DNA from: a virus | Lineage: Duplodnaviria; Caudoviricetes | DNA length: 59,039 nucleotides | Direction: 5' to 3' (one strand) | Virus record (IMG/VR): IMGVR_UViG_3300033149_005336 | Span: 1-59,039 of that record | In this document: positions 40,478 to 50,597 of the stretch, one piece after another | How positions within the stretch are numbered: position 1 is the stretch's first letter | How the letters are laid out: every line of letters starts with the position of its first letter | Program-made: the position numbers and the translations under genes | The notes under the pieces: generated by a model | Databases searched by the model: none | Seen by the model: only the letters and a program-made list of their open reading frames with translations | Told to the model about the DNA's origin: nothing

Positions 40478-42586
40478 TCACGCCACCCCGACGGTTTCGA
40501 CCGGCGCCTCGACCGGCTCTTGTAGGCTTTGCAGTAGCTGCAATTGCTTTTGAATCGCCGCCAGTAACTCCCGCGGCCCCATATCGAACTGCTGGGCCAG
40601 CTTCATCAGAGCGGTCAGCGGCCCGATAAGCTCATGCTCGGCCATCAGCTTATCCACGTTGGCGATTCCCAGCTTTTCCAGGTAGGGCTTGAGCATGACC
40701 GGTCCGGCCGCCTCCAGGGCCGCCCGGTATCTCAAAGCCTCACGCTCCTTGTCATAAGGCAGAGTCGCCACCGGCTCAATACGTAAATCGTACTTGGCAT
40801 CGGCCATGCCTTGGGTCCAGCGGATGCTGGCGGCAACATTGCCCTGTGACTCGCCGAGATAGCGTACCCACCGGCCCGGCTCGTAATGCGTCTGCATCAA
40901 TTCGATGACCCCCTCGGCGACCTGGCTAAGGGCCTTGTCCAGCAAGACGCCCTGCAAAGCGAGCCGCTGGCGGCTGTTCCGATCGAGCATCTGCAACTCG
41001 CCGAGGGTATTGCCCCCCTTACTGGCCCGCCCGAGCACCACGTCGTGGGTGCCTTTGGCATCCTGATCCGCCGCCTTGAGCATCTCGAAGATATTGAACA
41101 GCGCCGAGGGCATGGGGGGCGGTTCTTTACGCTGCGCGGCTCCGCTGCGCAGGGCACCCCGCGTGAACCGCACGATCGCCCCGGCCCAGTTGGGTACGTT
41201 GACGATCCGCTTGCGCTTGTCCGCGGCCAGTGAGCCTTCCTCCACCCAAAGCTGCGGGTCGGCGAAAAATTTCACGTAGTTCAATAAATGACTGCCGATA
41301 TTGTTCATCCAGTCTTGGAAGCCGCGGCTGATTTCGACGCAGTTGACTCCCACCCACAGGTGCGGGAGCAGATAGTGCGGCACGACGGCGAAGTTCCAGT
41401 GTCGATAAGGCCACGCTTCATCCACTACGATGATCTTTTCCCCGTCCACGATCCGCACGACCCGCCGACCGTTAGGGTATTTCGGCCGCCGATAGCCCGG
41501 CCGCGCCGTCCGCTGCGGCCAATTCTCGCCGTCCGCCGGATGCCAAGGGCCGCTTTCGCCGGATTCGGGATTCACCGGCCGCGTGGTGTCGTAATAGATA
41601 CCATCCTGCTTGATGATATGTTCGGTACCCGGCTCGCCGAAGGGGATCGGTTCGTACCGGGGCTTGACGTATTCGGTGCGATAATCACGGAACAAGAACT
41701 CTTGGACCTCCACCGTCGCCCGGTTCGGTCCCGACCGGCCACCTGCCGGGCCTGCCGGGCTGGTCCCCAGGATCAGATTTGCCAAGCGGGCTTGCCGATA
41801 GGCTTCATCCTCCAAGGCGTTGCGGGGCCGCTCGCGTCCGCTCCAAGCATGGCTGCTGCGGTTGAACCCGGTCTCGTCGGTGGCATGTTCCGCGGCCCGC
41901 CCTGCTGATTGGCTGTCACCGGTCGCATCGGCCTTGAGTTCACCGTCGGCGTCCAGTTCGCCCCGCTCGGCCAGCAATTTGCGGTACTCGGGCCAGCGAC
42001 GCGCGGCGGCGGCCTTGTCCATGAACCGGGACGTATAGACATAGCGGGCTTTGGTGGGAATCTCCGCCGCTAGTTCCACGTCCGGGTCGCAACCGAAGTA
42101 TTCCGGCAGTATCACGTTGACCTCGATGCGACCACGCCAACCGTTACCGGTCCGCTCGGCCAATTCCTCGTCCCACTCCGCTTGTTCCTCCCACAGCCAC
42201 TTGAATACGGCGAAACCGTAGAGGGATTTATCCACCAGAGCTTGGATCAGTCTGATGTCCATCGCCAGGTCGCGGAACCACAGGGCACGAAGAACCTTAC
42301 CGACCGCGCGGGCGTCCTGCTCATCCGTCTCCTCCACCGGTAGCGTCTCGATCCCTATCCGCGTCGTGCCGAGGATCGCCACTTCCTGGGTCATGTCCGC
42401 ATACATGCGGTTGATGACCGGATATTCCCAGCCCTTCTTGCGTTCCCTGCCGGCGTGCTGGTCGCCATACACGTAGCGGATGGCGTCCTTGGCCATGGCG
42501 CGAATGTCGTCCACACGACGCCGGCCGTCGGTGTACATGGCGTCCAGCCTACGATTGAGATCGACCTTGTCGCTAGAATCTCGCAC
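40478..42586 (-). CDS. Portal protein
   Basis: 702 aa, YVYGDQ, PVINR, YPNGR motifs; between terminase and scaffold. Confidence 0.85.
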   Translation of the reverse strand: MRDSSDKVDLNRRLDAMYTDGRRRVDDIRAMAKDAIRYVYGDQHAGRERKKGWEYPVINRMYADMTQEVAILGTTRIGIETLPVEETDEQDARAVGKVLRALWFRDLAMDIRLIQALVDKSLYGFAVFKWLWEEQAEWDEELAERTGNGWRGRIEVNVILPEYFGCDPDVELAAEIPTKARYVYTSRFMDKAAAARRWPEYRKLLAERGELDADGELKADATGDSQSAGRAAEHATDETGFNRSSHAWSGRERPRNALEDEAYRQARLANLILGTSPAGPAGGRSGPNRATVEVQEFLFRDYRTEYVKPRYEPIPFGEPGTEHIIKQDGIYYDTTRPVNPESGESGPWHPADGENWPQRTARPGYRRPKYPNGRRVVRIVDGEKIIVVDEAWPYRHWNFAVVPHYLLPHLWVGVNCVEISRGFQDWMNNIGSHLLNYVKFFADPQLWVEEGSLAADKRKRIVNVPNWAGAIVRFTRGALRSGAAQRKEPPPMPSALFNIFEMLKAADQDAKGTHDVVLGRASKGGNTLGELQMLDRNSRQRLALQGVLLDKALSQVAEGVIELMQTHYEPGRWVRYLGESQGNVAASIRWTQGMADAKYDLRIEPVATLPYDKEREALRYRAALEAAGPVMLKPYLEKLGIANVDKLMAEHELIGPLTALMKLAQQFDMGPRELLAAIQKQLQLLQSLQEPVEAPVETVGVA

Positions 42587-42598
42587 TGTCGCTTATCC

Positions 42599-43708
42599 TT
42601 ATCGCTTTCCAAGTATCGCCTTGATCGCCGCCCCCACCGACCCGCTGGTTACGTGGTCGTTCAAGGTCGCATCCAAAATCGCGTCATCCACGTTGCTGCT
42701 GTCTAAGGGCGTCTGCCCACCCACAAGACCGACGTCAACACGGCCGTTTCCATCAAGGTATAGATGGTTCACATTAATGGAAGACACGTTGGCACTGTCA
42801 TAAACTGTGTTGAGCACGTTTACTGTGTTGCTTCCTCCTCCAACAAACGAGTAGGCTTCTCCACTCCCGGCATTATTTACAATTATCACACAGTCCTGAA
42901 ACAGAGCATTGTCTCCTGCCACATAAAATCCGAAAGCATTGTGCGTTTCGGATGAGTCTGTAGTCAAAATGAATTTGCATCCGCGGGCGATGAACACCGA
43001 GTCTGTGCTATCAATAAAACCACAGTAAAGTGCCGCTGCTCCTGCCGCACTCAAAGAATAATCCACAATGCAATTCTCCATGAATACGGAGGCACTGCCA
43101 ATATAAAGGGGAGTTGATTGACCACTACTTGTAGGCCCCGTGCTCGTTATTAAGCAATTACGGAAAATAATGGGGCCACCACTAGCTGCATAGACTGTCT
43201 TCCCAGCGGATTCAATCAAACAGTTCTCAAAGATTACCGGGCCAGTATCCACAACCGCCTTAAGAGAATACTCAGCTAAATCAGTGCCAGAATCGTTGGT
43301 GATTCTACAGTTTCTTATGATAGCTGGAGACGGAGTGGTACCATTACCAACATCTCTAGACAAGCTAAGCGCACTCACAATCGCCGACCCGCCACTAGTG
43401 TGGATCCAAAGGTTTTCCAAAACTACTGGAATTTCCGCTGAAAACGTCGTCGATGCAGATGTAATCTTAGTCTTCTGGGCCGTAATGCCAAAGAAGTGAA
43501 GCACCTTCCCAGTGTCCGTGATAGACACCGTGTCCGTGTATGTTCCTGGGGCGATAAATATGCACCCCCCGTCAGTCGCATCACTTACAGAGCCGCTAGG
43601 AAGTGCGTTTGCGTTCGCCCAAGTCTTTCCATCATTGGTATCATTACCACCAGTCCTCGTGTAAATCAAAAGCCCAGTGCCGTCCAATGCGTCCCAAATC
43701 GGAATCAT
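42599..43708 (-). CDS. Pectin-lyase-like beta-helix protein
   Basis: GNDTNDGKTWA, IFIAPGTY, repeated I/F-x-NC-x-I rungs. Confidence 0.75.
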   Translation of the reverse strand: MIPIWDALDGTGLLIYTRTGGNDTNDGKTWANANALPSGSVSDATDGGCIFIAPGTYTDTVSITDTGKVLHFFGITAQKTKITSASTTFSAEIPVVLENLWIHTSGGSAIVSALSLSRDVGNGTTPSPAIIRNCRITNDSGTDLAEYSLKAVVDTGPVIFENCLIESAGKTVYAASGGPIIFRNCLITSTGPTSSGQSTPLYIGSASVFMENCIVDYSLSAAGAAALYCGFIDSTDSVFIARGCKFILTTDSSETHNAFGFYVAGDNALFQDCVIIVNNAGSGEAYSFVGGGSNTVNVLNTVYDSANVSSINVNHLYLDGNGRVDVGLVGGQTPLDSSNVDDAILDATLNDHVTSGSVGAAIKAILGKR

Positions 43709-43712
43709 AGCC

Positions 43713-45047
43713 TTACCCCATCACAAAGTACTTCGTTCTTGTCACGTTCCCGCTCTCTTGGCCCGAAGCCGGAACGGTGACGTTGTTTAGTTGCCTAATG
43801 TTAATCTCACCCTGAGGGGCACAGTACAAGTACTCATCCCCTATGTTGTTCTGCACGGAAAGACTCACATCGTTGCGAATATATATCTTACCGAGCCCTC
43901 CCAAGCAGGCCACGGCGTAACAGTCTGAGCCCGGCCCGCCACTCACGTTGTTTGAGATAATATTCACGGTCACATTGGAAACGTAAACGTCAGCGTTGCC
44001 CTTATCGGCATCTTCGGTCCAGCCGTTCATGCCGTCCTGCTGATAGTCCCCCAGGCCCCCAATACGGATGCCGGCTATCTTCAACGGGTGTTCGGAAGTG
44101 CTGTCGGTGTTGCCCTTCAGGGTAATCGTACAGCCGGAAATCTCACACCGTCGTCGTACCGGCTCGGAAACATTCTGTCCGTAGTACACTATCCCATCGA
44201 AACCGTAGCCCAGGTGATTGCTGTCGAGAACCACGTTCTCGCCACTGTTGTCGATGGTCAGAGTATTAGTACCGCTTACGTACAGATCAGCCCTGACAGC
44301 CTTGATCAGTGCAGGCTCTTCCACCAGATTCGCATTGACCCAAGGCACGGAAAGGTCATTGGTGCCGGTAAGAGTCAAAGACCCGTCTTTGATAAAGAGA
44401 ACAGCGGCGTAATCCGAGGAGCAGTCAAGATCGGAAGCGTAGACGTCGCAATCGTAGAAGTCTAGACACGGCGAATGGGTCACACTCGCGTAAAAATTGT
44501 GGACGTGGCAGTCGCCAGGGACGACCTTGGCGTGCGCGCTTTCAATCCTACGAATCCCGCGCATATAGTTATTTCCCGAAGCCTCAAGGAACTTCAGATT
44601 CTCCAACCGGTTATTACCGAACAAGCCGGCGATGGGACCGCCGTAGGTATCCTTCTCCGACCCATCAGTGGCGATCTGCGAATGCAAACCCGGCTCGTAC
44701 TGAATCACGCTCTTGTTATTGGCGTCACTGCCTATCAGGTCGGTATACGGCGGGATCGCCGGGCCGAGCCCCTCCGTGAGCGTCAACCAGCCTCCGCCGG
44801 ACTTTTTGCCGTAATACGTCGAGTCGGACGCACCTCGCCAGCTTTCCGGCACCACGGCAGGGTTAAGAGACACCAGCCACTCCTGATAGGCGCCCGATTC
44901 GGAGCCCTCGTTATAGTGAATCGTAACCCTGGCGCGTCGGTTGAATGCCAGGCTATCTATATGTTGCCAAATGTATGCCAAGGCGTCACCGATAGTCTGA
45001 TAGTCTCGCGTTCCATCTCCAACTGTCAGATCAATGATGTAGCTCAT
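43713..45047 (-). CDS. Beta-helix (tailspike-like) protein
   Basis: VGDGTRDYQTIGDAL start, beta-rich repeats. Confidence 0.65.
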   Translation of the reverse strand: MSYIIDLTVGDGTRDYQTIGDALAYIWQHIDSLAFNRRARVTIHYNEGSESGAYQEWLVSLNPAVVPESWRGASDSTYYGKKSGGGWLTLTEGLGPAIPPYTDLIGSDANNKSVIQYEPGLHSQIATDGSEKDTYGGPIAGLFGNNRLENLKFLEASGNNYMRGIRRIESAHAKVVPGDCHVHNFYASVTHSPCLDFYDCDVYASDLDCSSDYAAVLFIKDGSLTLTGTNDLSVPWVNANLVEEPALIKAVRADLYVSGTNTLTIDNSGENVVLDSNHLGYGFDGIVYYGQNVSEPVRRRCEISGCTITLKGNTDSTSEHPLKIAGIRIGGLGDYQQDGMNGWTEDADKGNADVYVSNVTVNIISNNVSGGPGSDCYAVACLGGLGKIYIRNDVSLSVQNNIGDEYLYCAPQGEINIRQLNNVTVPASGQESGNVTRTKYFVMG

Positions 45048-45261
45048 AACGCGCGCTGCTCAACCCTGCGTCATGTGTTGCCATCGTGATTTCTCAAGCT
45101 CCCACAGGAAGCGCGCCCAGTGCCGCCAGAAAGGTTCGTGCAGAGTGAAACCCTTACGCGCACGGGCCAGAGGCCAAGGGGCGCTACGACTACGAGCATC
45201 CTGTTGGATAGTCTGGAGCTTCTCGCCAGGTCGTTTGGTCAGCACTTCCGGCCAACACCTC

Positions 45262-45414
45262 CTACGACTTTCTACCCCGGCCTCTGCCGCGACCACCGCC
45301 GCGACCGTAACCGGGACCGCCGAACCGACATCCGCCGGTGTTTCGGTTCCGGCGACCGCCACCGGCCCGGCCACGCCCTCTACCGCTTCCATTCTTAGCA
45401 CCGTAACGCGCCAT
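45262..45414 (-). CDS. Small Gly/Arg-rich basic protein
   Basis: MARYGAKNGSGRGRGRAGGGRR; AAGGA RBS. Confidence 0.55.
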   Translation of the reverse strand: MARYGAKNGSGRGRGRAGGGRRNRNTGGCRFGGPGYGRGGGRGRGRGRKS

Positions 45415-45415
45415 C

Positions 45416-45652
45416 TTACTTTCCTTTCTTGCGCTTCCTCGCGTTCCGTCGGGAAATCCTCGCTCCGGTTTGTGCCGCCACCGCCTGGCGTTTGGTCTTG
45501 GTACTGGCACGAGAGCCTGGGCGTAACACGTACCGGGCATATTCCGCCACCGTCATTCCCGCCCGCTTGGCCTTGGCGGTGAAATCCCCGCGGGTTTCCT
45601 CGGGAAACGCTTGGGCCATCCACTTTTTTCGCGCGTGCTTCTTCTTAGCCAT
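45416..45652 (-). CDS. Small basic protein
   Basis: KKWMAQA..GDFTAKAKRAGMTV..TKRQA. Confidence 0.7.
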   Translation of the reverse strand: MAKKKHARKKWMAQAFPEETRGDFTAKAKRAGMTVAEYARYVLRPGSRASTKTKRQAVAAQTGARISRRNARKRKKGK

Positions 45653-45655
45653 CGC

Positions 45656-45949
45656 TCATCCTTGATCGGCTTGCTTGGCCGCCATCTGCCGCAGATCGGT
45701 TAACAGTAAATGTATCGCTTGGCGGGCCTCGCTCACTTCCTGGCGTATCTGATCGGCCTCCTGTGACGTTATCGTCCGGTCGGCAGCGGCGGCGGAGGCC
45801 ACCGTCACCACGTCGGCGATCTCCTTGACCGTTGCCCCCAATTGTTCGCCCGCCTGCACCACGGCCCCCAGGTTCCATTTGGTCCACAGGGCACCGAGCA
45901 AGAAACTTACCACGGCCACAATCGCCGGAGTCAGGGCCTCAAGGTTCAT
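45656..45949 (-). CDS. Holin-like membrane protein
   Basis: N-terminal TM; DRTITSQE motif. Confidence 0.55.
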   Translation of the reverse strand: MNLEALTPAIVAVVSFLLGALWTKWNLGAVVQAGEQLGATVKEIADVVTVASAAAADRTITSQEADQIRQEVSEARQAIHLLLTDLRQMAAKQADQG

Positions 45950-45967
45950 CTTACACCTGCCTTTCGC

Positions 45968-46990
45968 TCAATAGAACTTTGCCAACACGATCATGTCCGT
46001 CCCGGCCGTGCCGGAGGCGTTCATGTCGAAATCGCAGAACAACTTCAAACCGCCGCGCAGGTCATAGCTCACCTCCCGGATGCCGTCGGCACCGTCGGTG
46101 CCGTAATCAACGCTGTTGACGTGATCCGTGCTGATCGTCAAGGTGTCGGCGTAGCGATACTGCCGCAGGGCGCCCGTGCAGGCAGCGGCGCCGTCCTGTC
46201 CCAGCTTGGCCGTGGTATTACCGGTCGTCTCCCCCAGAGTCTCGCCGGCCTGGAAGATGCCGGAAAGCATCTCCACGTCGGCATAACCGGCCGCCGTCCC
46301 CGCCGCCCACGAGCCGCTCGTCACCGTAATGGCGGTAATGCGGGCGGTTGCCCCACTGGTAGAACCGTAAAGCACGTCACCGACGGCGAAATTTCCGTTG
46401 TCGCCGGTGTTGAAATAGATGCGCGGGGCCGCGCGCTTCGCCGCCGTAATGTTCTCCGATTGCCAGGTGCCGGAAACCCCGCTCAGGTAGATAACGCCCG
46501 CCGCATCGCCCCCGCCCCAACTACCGCTGGTAACGATGATGTCCTCTACCGTGCCGAGGGCGCCGCTGGTCTCGCCGTAAAGCTGGTCGCCGATCTCGAT
46601 CTCCTTAGCGCCCGTGTCGAAGGGAATGTGCGTCAAGGAAAGGCCGGAGCCGGGTAGTTTATCGCAAACCGCCGTGCCTGCCGTGGCGGTGATCACCAGA
46701 TCGTTCATCGGCGCTGAAGTCGGCCCGTCCTGTCGCCAGATCGTTACCGTACCGGCGTCGCCGTCGGTGTCGGCCACCAAGAACCGCAATTTGATGTACG
46801 TCACGCCCGCGCGGTCGATGGTCACTTCGCGCGCCGCCGGCCAGTTCGCCGGGTTCTGCGCCGCCGAGGACCACGTAGCCCCAAAGGCCAAGGCGTACGT
46901 GTTCACATCCGCAGTCACACCGGCTAGCACGTTCCGCATGGCCTGGCCGATGCTGAAAAAATCACGTTGATCTTGAATCGTTATGCTCAT
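45968..46990 (-). CDS. Virion structural protein with internal repeats
   Basis: GD.LYG.TSGA...VTSGSW..G.AAG repeated. Confidence 0.65.
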   Translation of the reverse strand: MSITIQDQRDFFSIGQAMRNVLAGVTADVNTYALAFGATWSSAAQNPANWPAAREVTIDRAGVTYIKLRFLVADTDGDAGTVTIWRQDGPTSAPMNDLVITATAGTAVCDKLPGSGLSLTHIPFDTGAKEIEIGDQLYGETSGALGTVEDIIVTSGSWGGGDAAGVIYLSGVSGTWQSENITAAKRAAPRIYFNTGDNGNFAVGDVLYGSTSGATARITAITVTSGSWAAGTAAGYADVEMLSGIFQAGETLGETTGNTTAKLGQDGAAACTGALRQYRYADTLTISTDHVNSVDYGTDGADGIREVSYDLRGGLKLFCDFDMNASGTAGTDMIVLAKFY

Positions 46991-47277
46991 CGTGCCCGCT
47001 CCTTGTTTCGTTTTCTCGCGGCTCGGCCCCAGCCGACTGCGCGATACCGGCGCAAGCCCGCCAAGCGGCGCGGAACCGCTCGGTCCGCCGGTACGTCGGC
47101 CACATACCCCTTGCAGAACACTCGCACCGCCAAGGGGAAGACGCGCCGCAGCAATTGGACCATCTTCCGAGCCTTACCCCAGCGCGAATACGCCTCGCTG
47201 GCCAACAGAATCCTTCCGTTCCGTGCCACCAGACGGACCCGCCAGCCGTCGGCACTGTACCACATGCATACTCTCAT
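46987..47277 (-). CDS. DUF1508/YegP-like protein
   Basis: WRVRLVARNGRILLASEAYS. Confidence 0.55.
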   Translation of the reverse strand: MRVCMWYSADGWRVRLVARNGRILLASEAYSRWGKARKMVQLLRRVFPLAVRVFCKGYVADVPADRAVPRRLAGLRRYRAVGWGRAARKRNKERAR

Positions 47278-47576
47278 CAGATCACCTGCCGGCGCACCGG
47301 CGCCGTGTCATAGTACCGCTCATCGTCATCATCATTGCCCGGCACGTCCTCGCCGGAAGCTGCGGCATCTTCTCCCGCCGGTACGCCCGCCGTATCGGCG
47401 ATCTCAACGCCACGGCCGAACGGCGACCATGCGCGAAAACCATCATGGCCGGACGCTCCGTCACTAATTCGCCCGGCACGCCAACCGAGAGCTAACAGCC
47501 CCAGCGCGGCGGTGATGCCAGCGGCCATTGCCGCCGCCAGCAAGAGCACCAATTGGGGCGCCGAAATCGTCACCAT
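47277..47576 (-). CDS. Membrane-anchored hypothetical protein
   Basis: N-terminal TM, acidic tail. Confidence 0.55.
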   Translation of the reverse strand: MVTISAPQLVLLLAAAMAAGITAALGLLALGWRAGRISDGASGHDGFRAWSPFGRGVEIADTAGVPAGEDAAASGEDVPGNDDDDERYYDTAPVRRQVI

Positions 47577-49423
47577 CCTCCCTCATCCTCCTCGTCGGTG
47601 TACTCGGCGACTATATCCGGCTCTCGACCGCCGATCAGCATGTCCGGGGTGAAACCGTCCGCCTCCGACCAGGCCGGAATGCCGGCAACAGCCGGAACCC
47701 GCTCGGCCGGTACCGAACTAGCCTCCGCCGCCGCTCGGATCACCATCTGCCAAGTTATCGCCAAGCTCATCACGTCGTCGTCATGTTCTCCCGGCGCCGC
47801 CGCCGGACGGCCCTTGGCGTCGCGGACGAACGACTGCATCTGCCGGATCGTCTCGGCCGAGAGCACATGCAAGCTGCCCTCGCGGATCGCGCGAATCAAA
47901 TCCGTGATCATCGTTTCGCGGGTGGCCTTATCGGTCAGCCAGCCGAGAATCTCGGTCATCTCGTCGGTCGTCCGATCGATCCGCTCGCGGTAGAACAAAT
48001 TGGGATAGCGTAACCTCTTGAGCGTGCTGCGGGTGCTGCCGCCGGACGAATTGTTCACCTCGACGCCCAGCAGAGCGTTGTGATACCACCGGCCGAGTAG
48101 ATTGAGTTGCTCGCCGAACAGGTCCGGGTCTGCCCTACCGGACAATTTCGCGGCCACCAAGTGGCTCTCGACGCAGGCCACGTGGGCCGAATTGCGGTCG
48201 GTATCGTTGGAGTCGGTCGGATCAAGCCCCTCGGCGGTATCGGCACCGATCGCATACCGCAGCAGGCCGCGCGGCGGCTGCCATATCTCACAGATCAGCC
48301 CCTCGCCCCGCCGCCGGTCCACCGGCCGGAACTCCGGAGCCTCCGGCGAACCACCCATCAGGCCGATCATCGCCGGCGGCCGGGCGTGCGCTAGCATTAC
48401 CTGAATCCGCGTCGGGGGGAATACCGGCCGGCCGCTCGTCAGGAACGCCTCACTGTCGCAGGACGGGTACTCCTGCCGGAACCGGTCCTCGTCGCCGGCC
48501 ATCTCGTGTTCGATCACGTATCGCCGCCAGGCTAGCTGCTCATCGGTCAGGCCGTAGCGCTCGGCCAACCGCTGCTCTGCGTCGGTCCGCACGAACTCGC
48601 CATGCACTGGCAGGCGGTACTCGGGGCAGGCGTGCCACGGTAAAAATACGGCCAGGAAACCGTCGGGATCACCGCCCCGCGGCAGGGTCACCCAGGGCGA
48701 TCGTTCCGCCGGTGTCGCCCGGCACCAGCGATCGTAGAACTCGCCGCCTTGGCCGTTGGCCGTCGATTCTAGGATGACCATGGTGTCCGGGTTATCAAGA
48801 GGCTTGGGCACGCATTCCAGCACCGCCGTGAGGGTCTCGGCGGCGTTCGGCCAATAGGCGACCTCCGATCCGTGAAAATCAATCAGCATTCCCGACCGAC
48901 CAAGCTCTGGCGAGGCGGTCGAGACCCACAGGCTGCTATGGTGAGGCGCCGAGTAGATAAGCTCCTTGCGGTTGGAATAGTCGGTCGGCAGGCGCTGGGG
49001 GTCATAGCGATAGAACAACTTGACGCGATCGAATAGCTGGGCGGTGCTCTTGTCTTTGTGGGCCGCCAGGGCGGCCAGGTGGTTGGGCCGGGTAGTGATC
49101 CGATGGTACATCCGCGAGAGGCCCCAGGTGGTCACACCTAGCTGTCTGGCCTTGAGGACGATCAGTCGTACCGGCCTGCCCGCCTGGCGCAGCTGCGCCG
49201 CCAGGGCATCCAGCCGTTGCTGGGCGGTGTTGGCCCGCAGCGGTACCAACCGCCCGCCGCCCTTAGGAGCGATCACGCAGTGCCGCTCGCACCACACGGC
49301 CGGGTCGATCTGCTCCAGCGCCGCATAGGCCGCCTGCACATCCTCGTCGGTCATGCGGGCGACCAACTCAGGGATCGCCTGCGGGTCGAGGCCGGCTGGG
49401 ATGGGCTGCATGCAACTCGTCAT
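47570..49423 (-). CDS. terL: Terminase large subunit
   Basis: LKARQLGVTT, HGSEVAYW, ESTANG, IGADTAEG, HDDDVMS. Confidence 0.96.
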   Translation of the reverse strand: MTSCMQPIPAGLDPQAIPELVARMTDEDVQAAYAALEQIDPAVWCERHCVIAPKGGGRLVPLRANTAQQRLDALAAQLRQAGRPVRLIVLKARQLGVTTWGLSRMYHRITTRPNHLAALAAHKDKSTAQLFDRVKLFYRYDPQRLPTDYSNRKELIYSAPHHSSLWVSTASPELGRSGMLIDFHGSEVAYWPNAAETLTAVLECVPKPLDNPDTMVILESTANGQGGEFYDRWCRATPAERSPWVTLPRGGDPDGFLAVFLPWHACPEYRLPVHGEFVRTDAEQRLAERYGLTDEQLAWRRYVIEHEMAGDEDRFRQEYPSCDSEAFLTSGRPVFPPTRIQVMLAHARPPAMIGLMGGSPEAPEFRPVDRRRGEGLICEIWQPPRGLLRYAIGADTAEGLDPTDSNDTDRNSAHVACVESHLVAAKLSGRADPDLFGEQLNLLGRWYHNALLGVEVNNSSGGSTRSTLKRLRYPNLFYRERIDRTTDEMTEILGWLTDKATRETMITDLIRAIREGSLHVLSAETIRQMQSFVRDAKGRPAAAPGEHDDDVMSLAITWQMVIRAAAEASSVPAERVPAVAGIPAWSEADGFTPDMLIGGREPDIVAEYTDEEDEGGW

Positions 49424-50112
49424 GGCTGCCGACCCTCCTGTTGCCCGGCCGGGGCGGTCGCAGGTACATCGGCCGCGGATGGTACCGTGGTATCCCGCGG
49501 GAGTGCCTGCCGGCCGCCTACCGGCTCATCTGGATGGGCATATCGTTGCAGCAGCTCGGTGAGCCGCTGACGGGCCTCGTCCGGCGCGCCGCTATGTACA
49601 TGGATATGTTGATGGTTATGCTGGCGGGCCTCGGTGCCCAACAGGCGTTGAATCTGAGCTAAGTCGTGTAGAGCCCGCATCTTATCGTGGAGCCGCACCC
49701 GGCGGACCCGCCCCTGGGCATCGACTTGGAGTTCGCTGACCGCCGCGGCCAGCTGCGGAGAGTCCTTCAGGCGGTCAACGGCGGGCAGACCGTCCGGGCC
49801 GAGCATATCGACCAGGGAGGAATAGCCTACCGCCGCCAGTTCGGTGAGGGTGCGCACGGCGGTGATCTGGGCCTGCTTGGCCGCCTCGCGCAAGCGGCGG
49901 TTAACCAAGGCGCGGATGTCCGGCCGCCGCAACAACTCCTTGGCATGGTCGCGGTTGTAGCCGACTTGCTTGGCCGCCTCGGTGACCGATCGCGTGGCAA
50001 TGAATGCTTCGACGAGTTTTTGTTGGCGGGGGACCAGACCGTCGGCGGTGCGATACCGCCTGTGGCGTTTGATTTTCCCCATCACGGCCTGATTCGTGTG
50101 TTTCTGGCTCAT
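49420..50112 (-). CDS. terS: Terminase small subunit
   Basis: RQQKLVEAF..TEAAKQVGY HTH, ELAAVGYS, LHDKMRAL. Confidence 0.9.
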   Translation of the reverse strand: MSQKHTNQAVMGKIKRHRRYRTADGLVPRQQKLVEAFIATRSVTEAAKQVGYNRDHAKELLRRPDIRALVNRRLREAAKQAQITAVRTLTELAAVGYSSLVDMLGPDGLPAVDRLKDSPQLAAAVSELQVDAQGRVRRVRLHDKMRALHDLAQIQRLLGTEARQHNHQHIHVHSGAPDEARQRLTELLQRYAHPDEPVGGRQALPRDTTVPSAADVPATAPAGQQEGRQP

Positions 50113-50231
50113 CCCTGCGCCATTTCAACGCCGGCCACCTCCTGAGCCGGAGCCCCCATCTTATCCATCTTATCAGCGTCAGCGCCTCGCCCAACGGCGG
50201 TGCCGGTCCCTCCCTGGACCGCCGCCCGCCG

Positions 50232-50597
50232 CTACGACCGCGGCCGCCTGGGACCGCTCGCCTCCTGCCGCCAGCGACGCCAAGCCGTCGCCACCGCCAC
50301 CAGCAGACCCGTAGCCAAGCCCGCTACCCCGGCCGTCGCCGGCCAAGCAACGCTGACGGCACTGCCGGCGGCCGGGGCCGCCGCCTCAATAGTCGCCGCT
50401 GCCTGGTCCAGCCGCGCGGCGATGCGCTCGTCGATCACTACCTGTTGCCGTCCCGTCGGCTGGCCCGTCTGCGGATCGATCACCGGCACGCTACGGCACC
50501 CGCTGACGGCCAGCGCTACCAGCAGCCATAGCAGCACCACCAAGGCCACCCAGGCCAGCGCCAGCAGCCAGCCGCGTAGGCGTAATTCCGCCATCAT
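50232..50597 (-). CDS. Putative lipoprotein
   Basis: Hydrophobic signal ending in lipobox AVSG-C; C-terminal hydrophobic segment. Confidence 0.55.
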   Translation of the reverse strand: MMAELRLRGWLLALAWVALVVLLWLLVALAVSGCRSVPVIDPQTGQPTGRQQVVIDERIAARLDQAAATIEAAAPAAGSAVSVAWPATAGVAGLATGLLVAVATAWRRWRQEASGPRRPRS

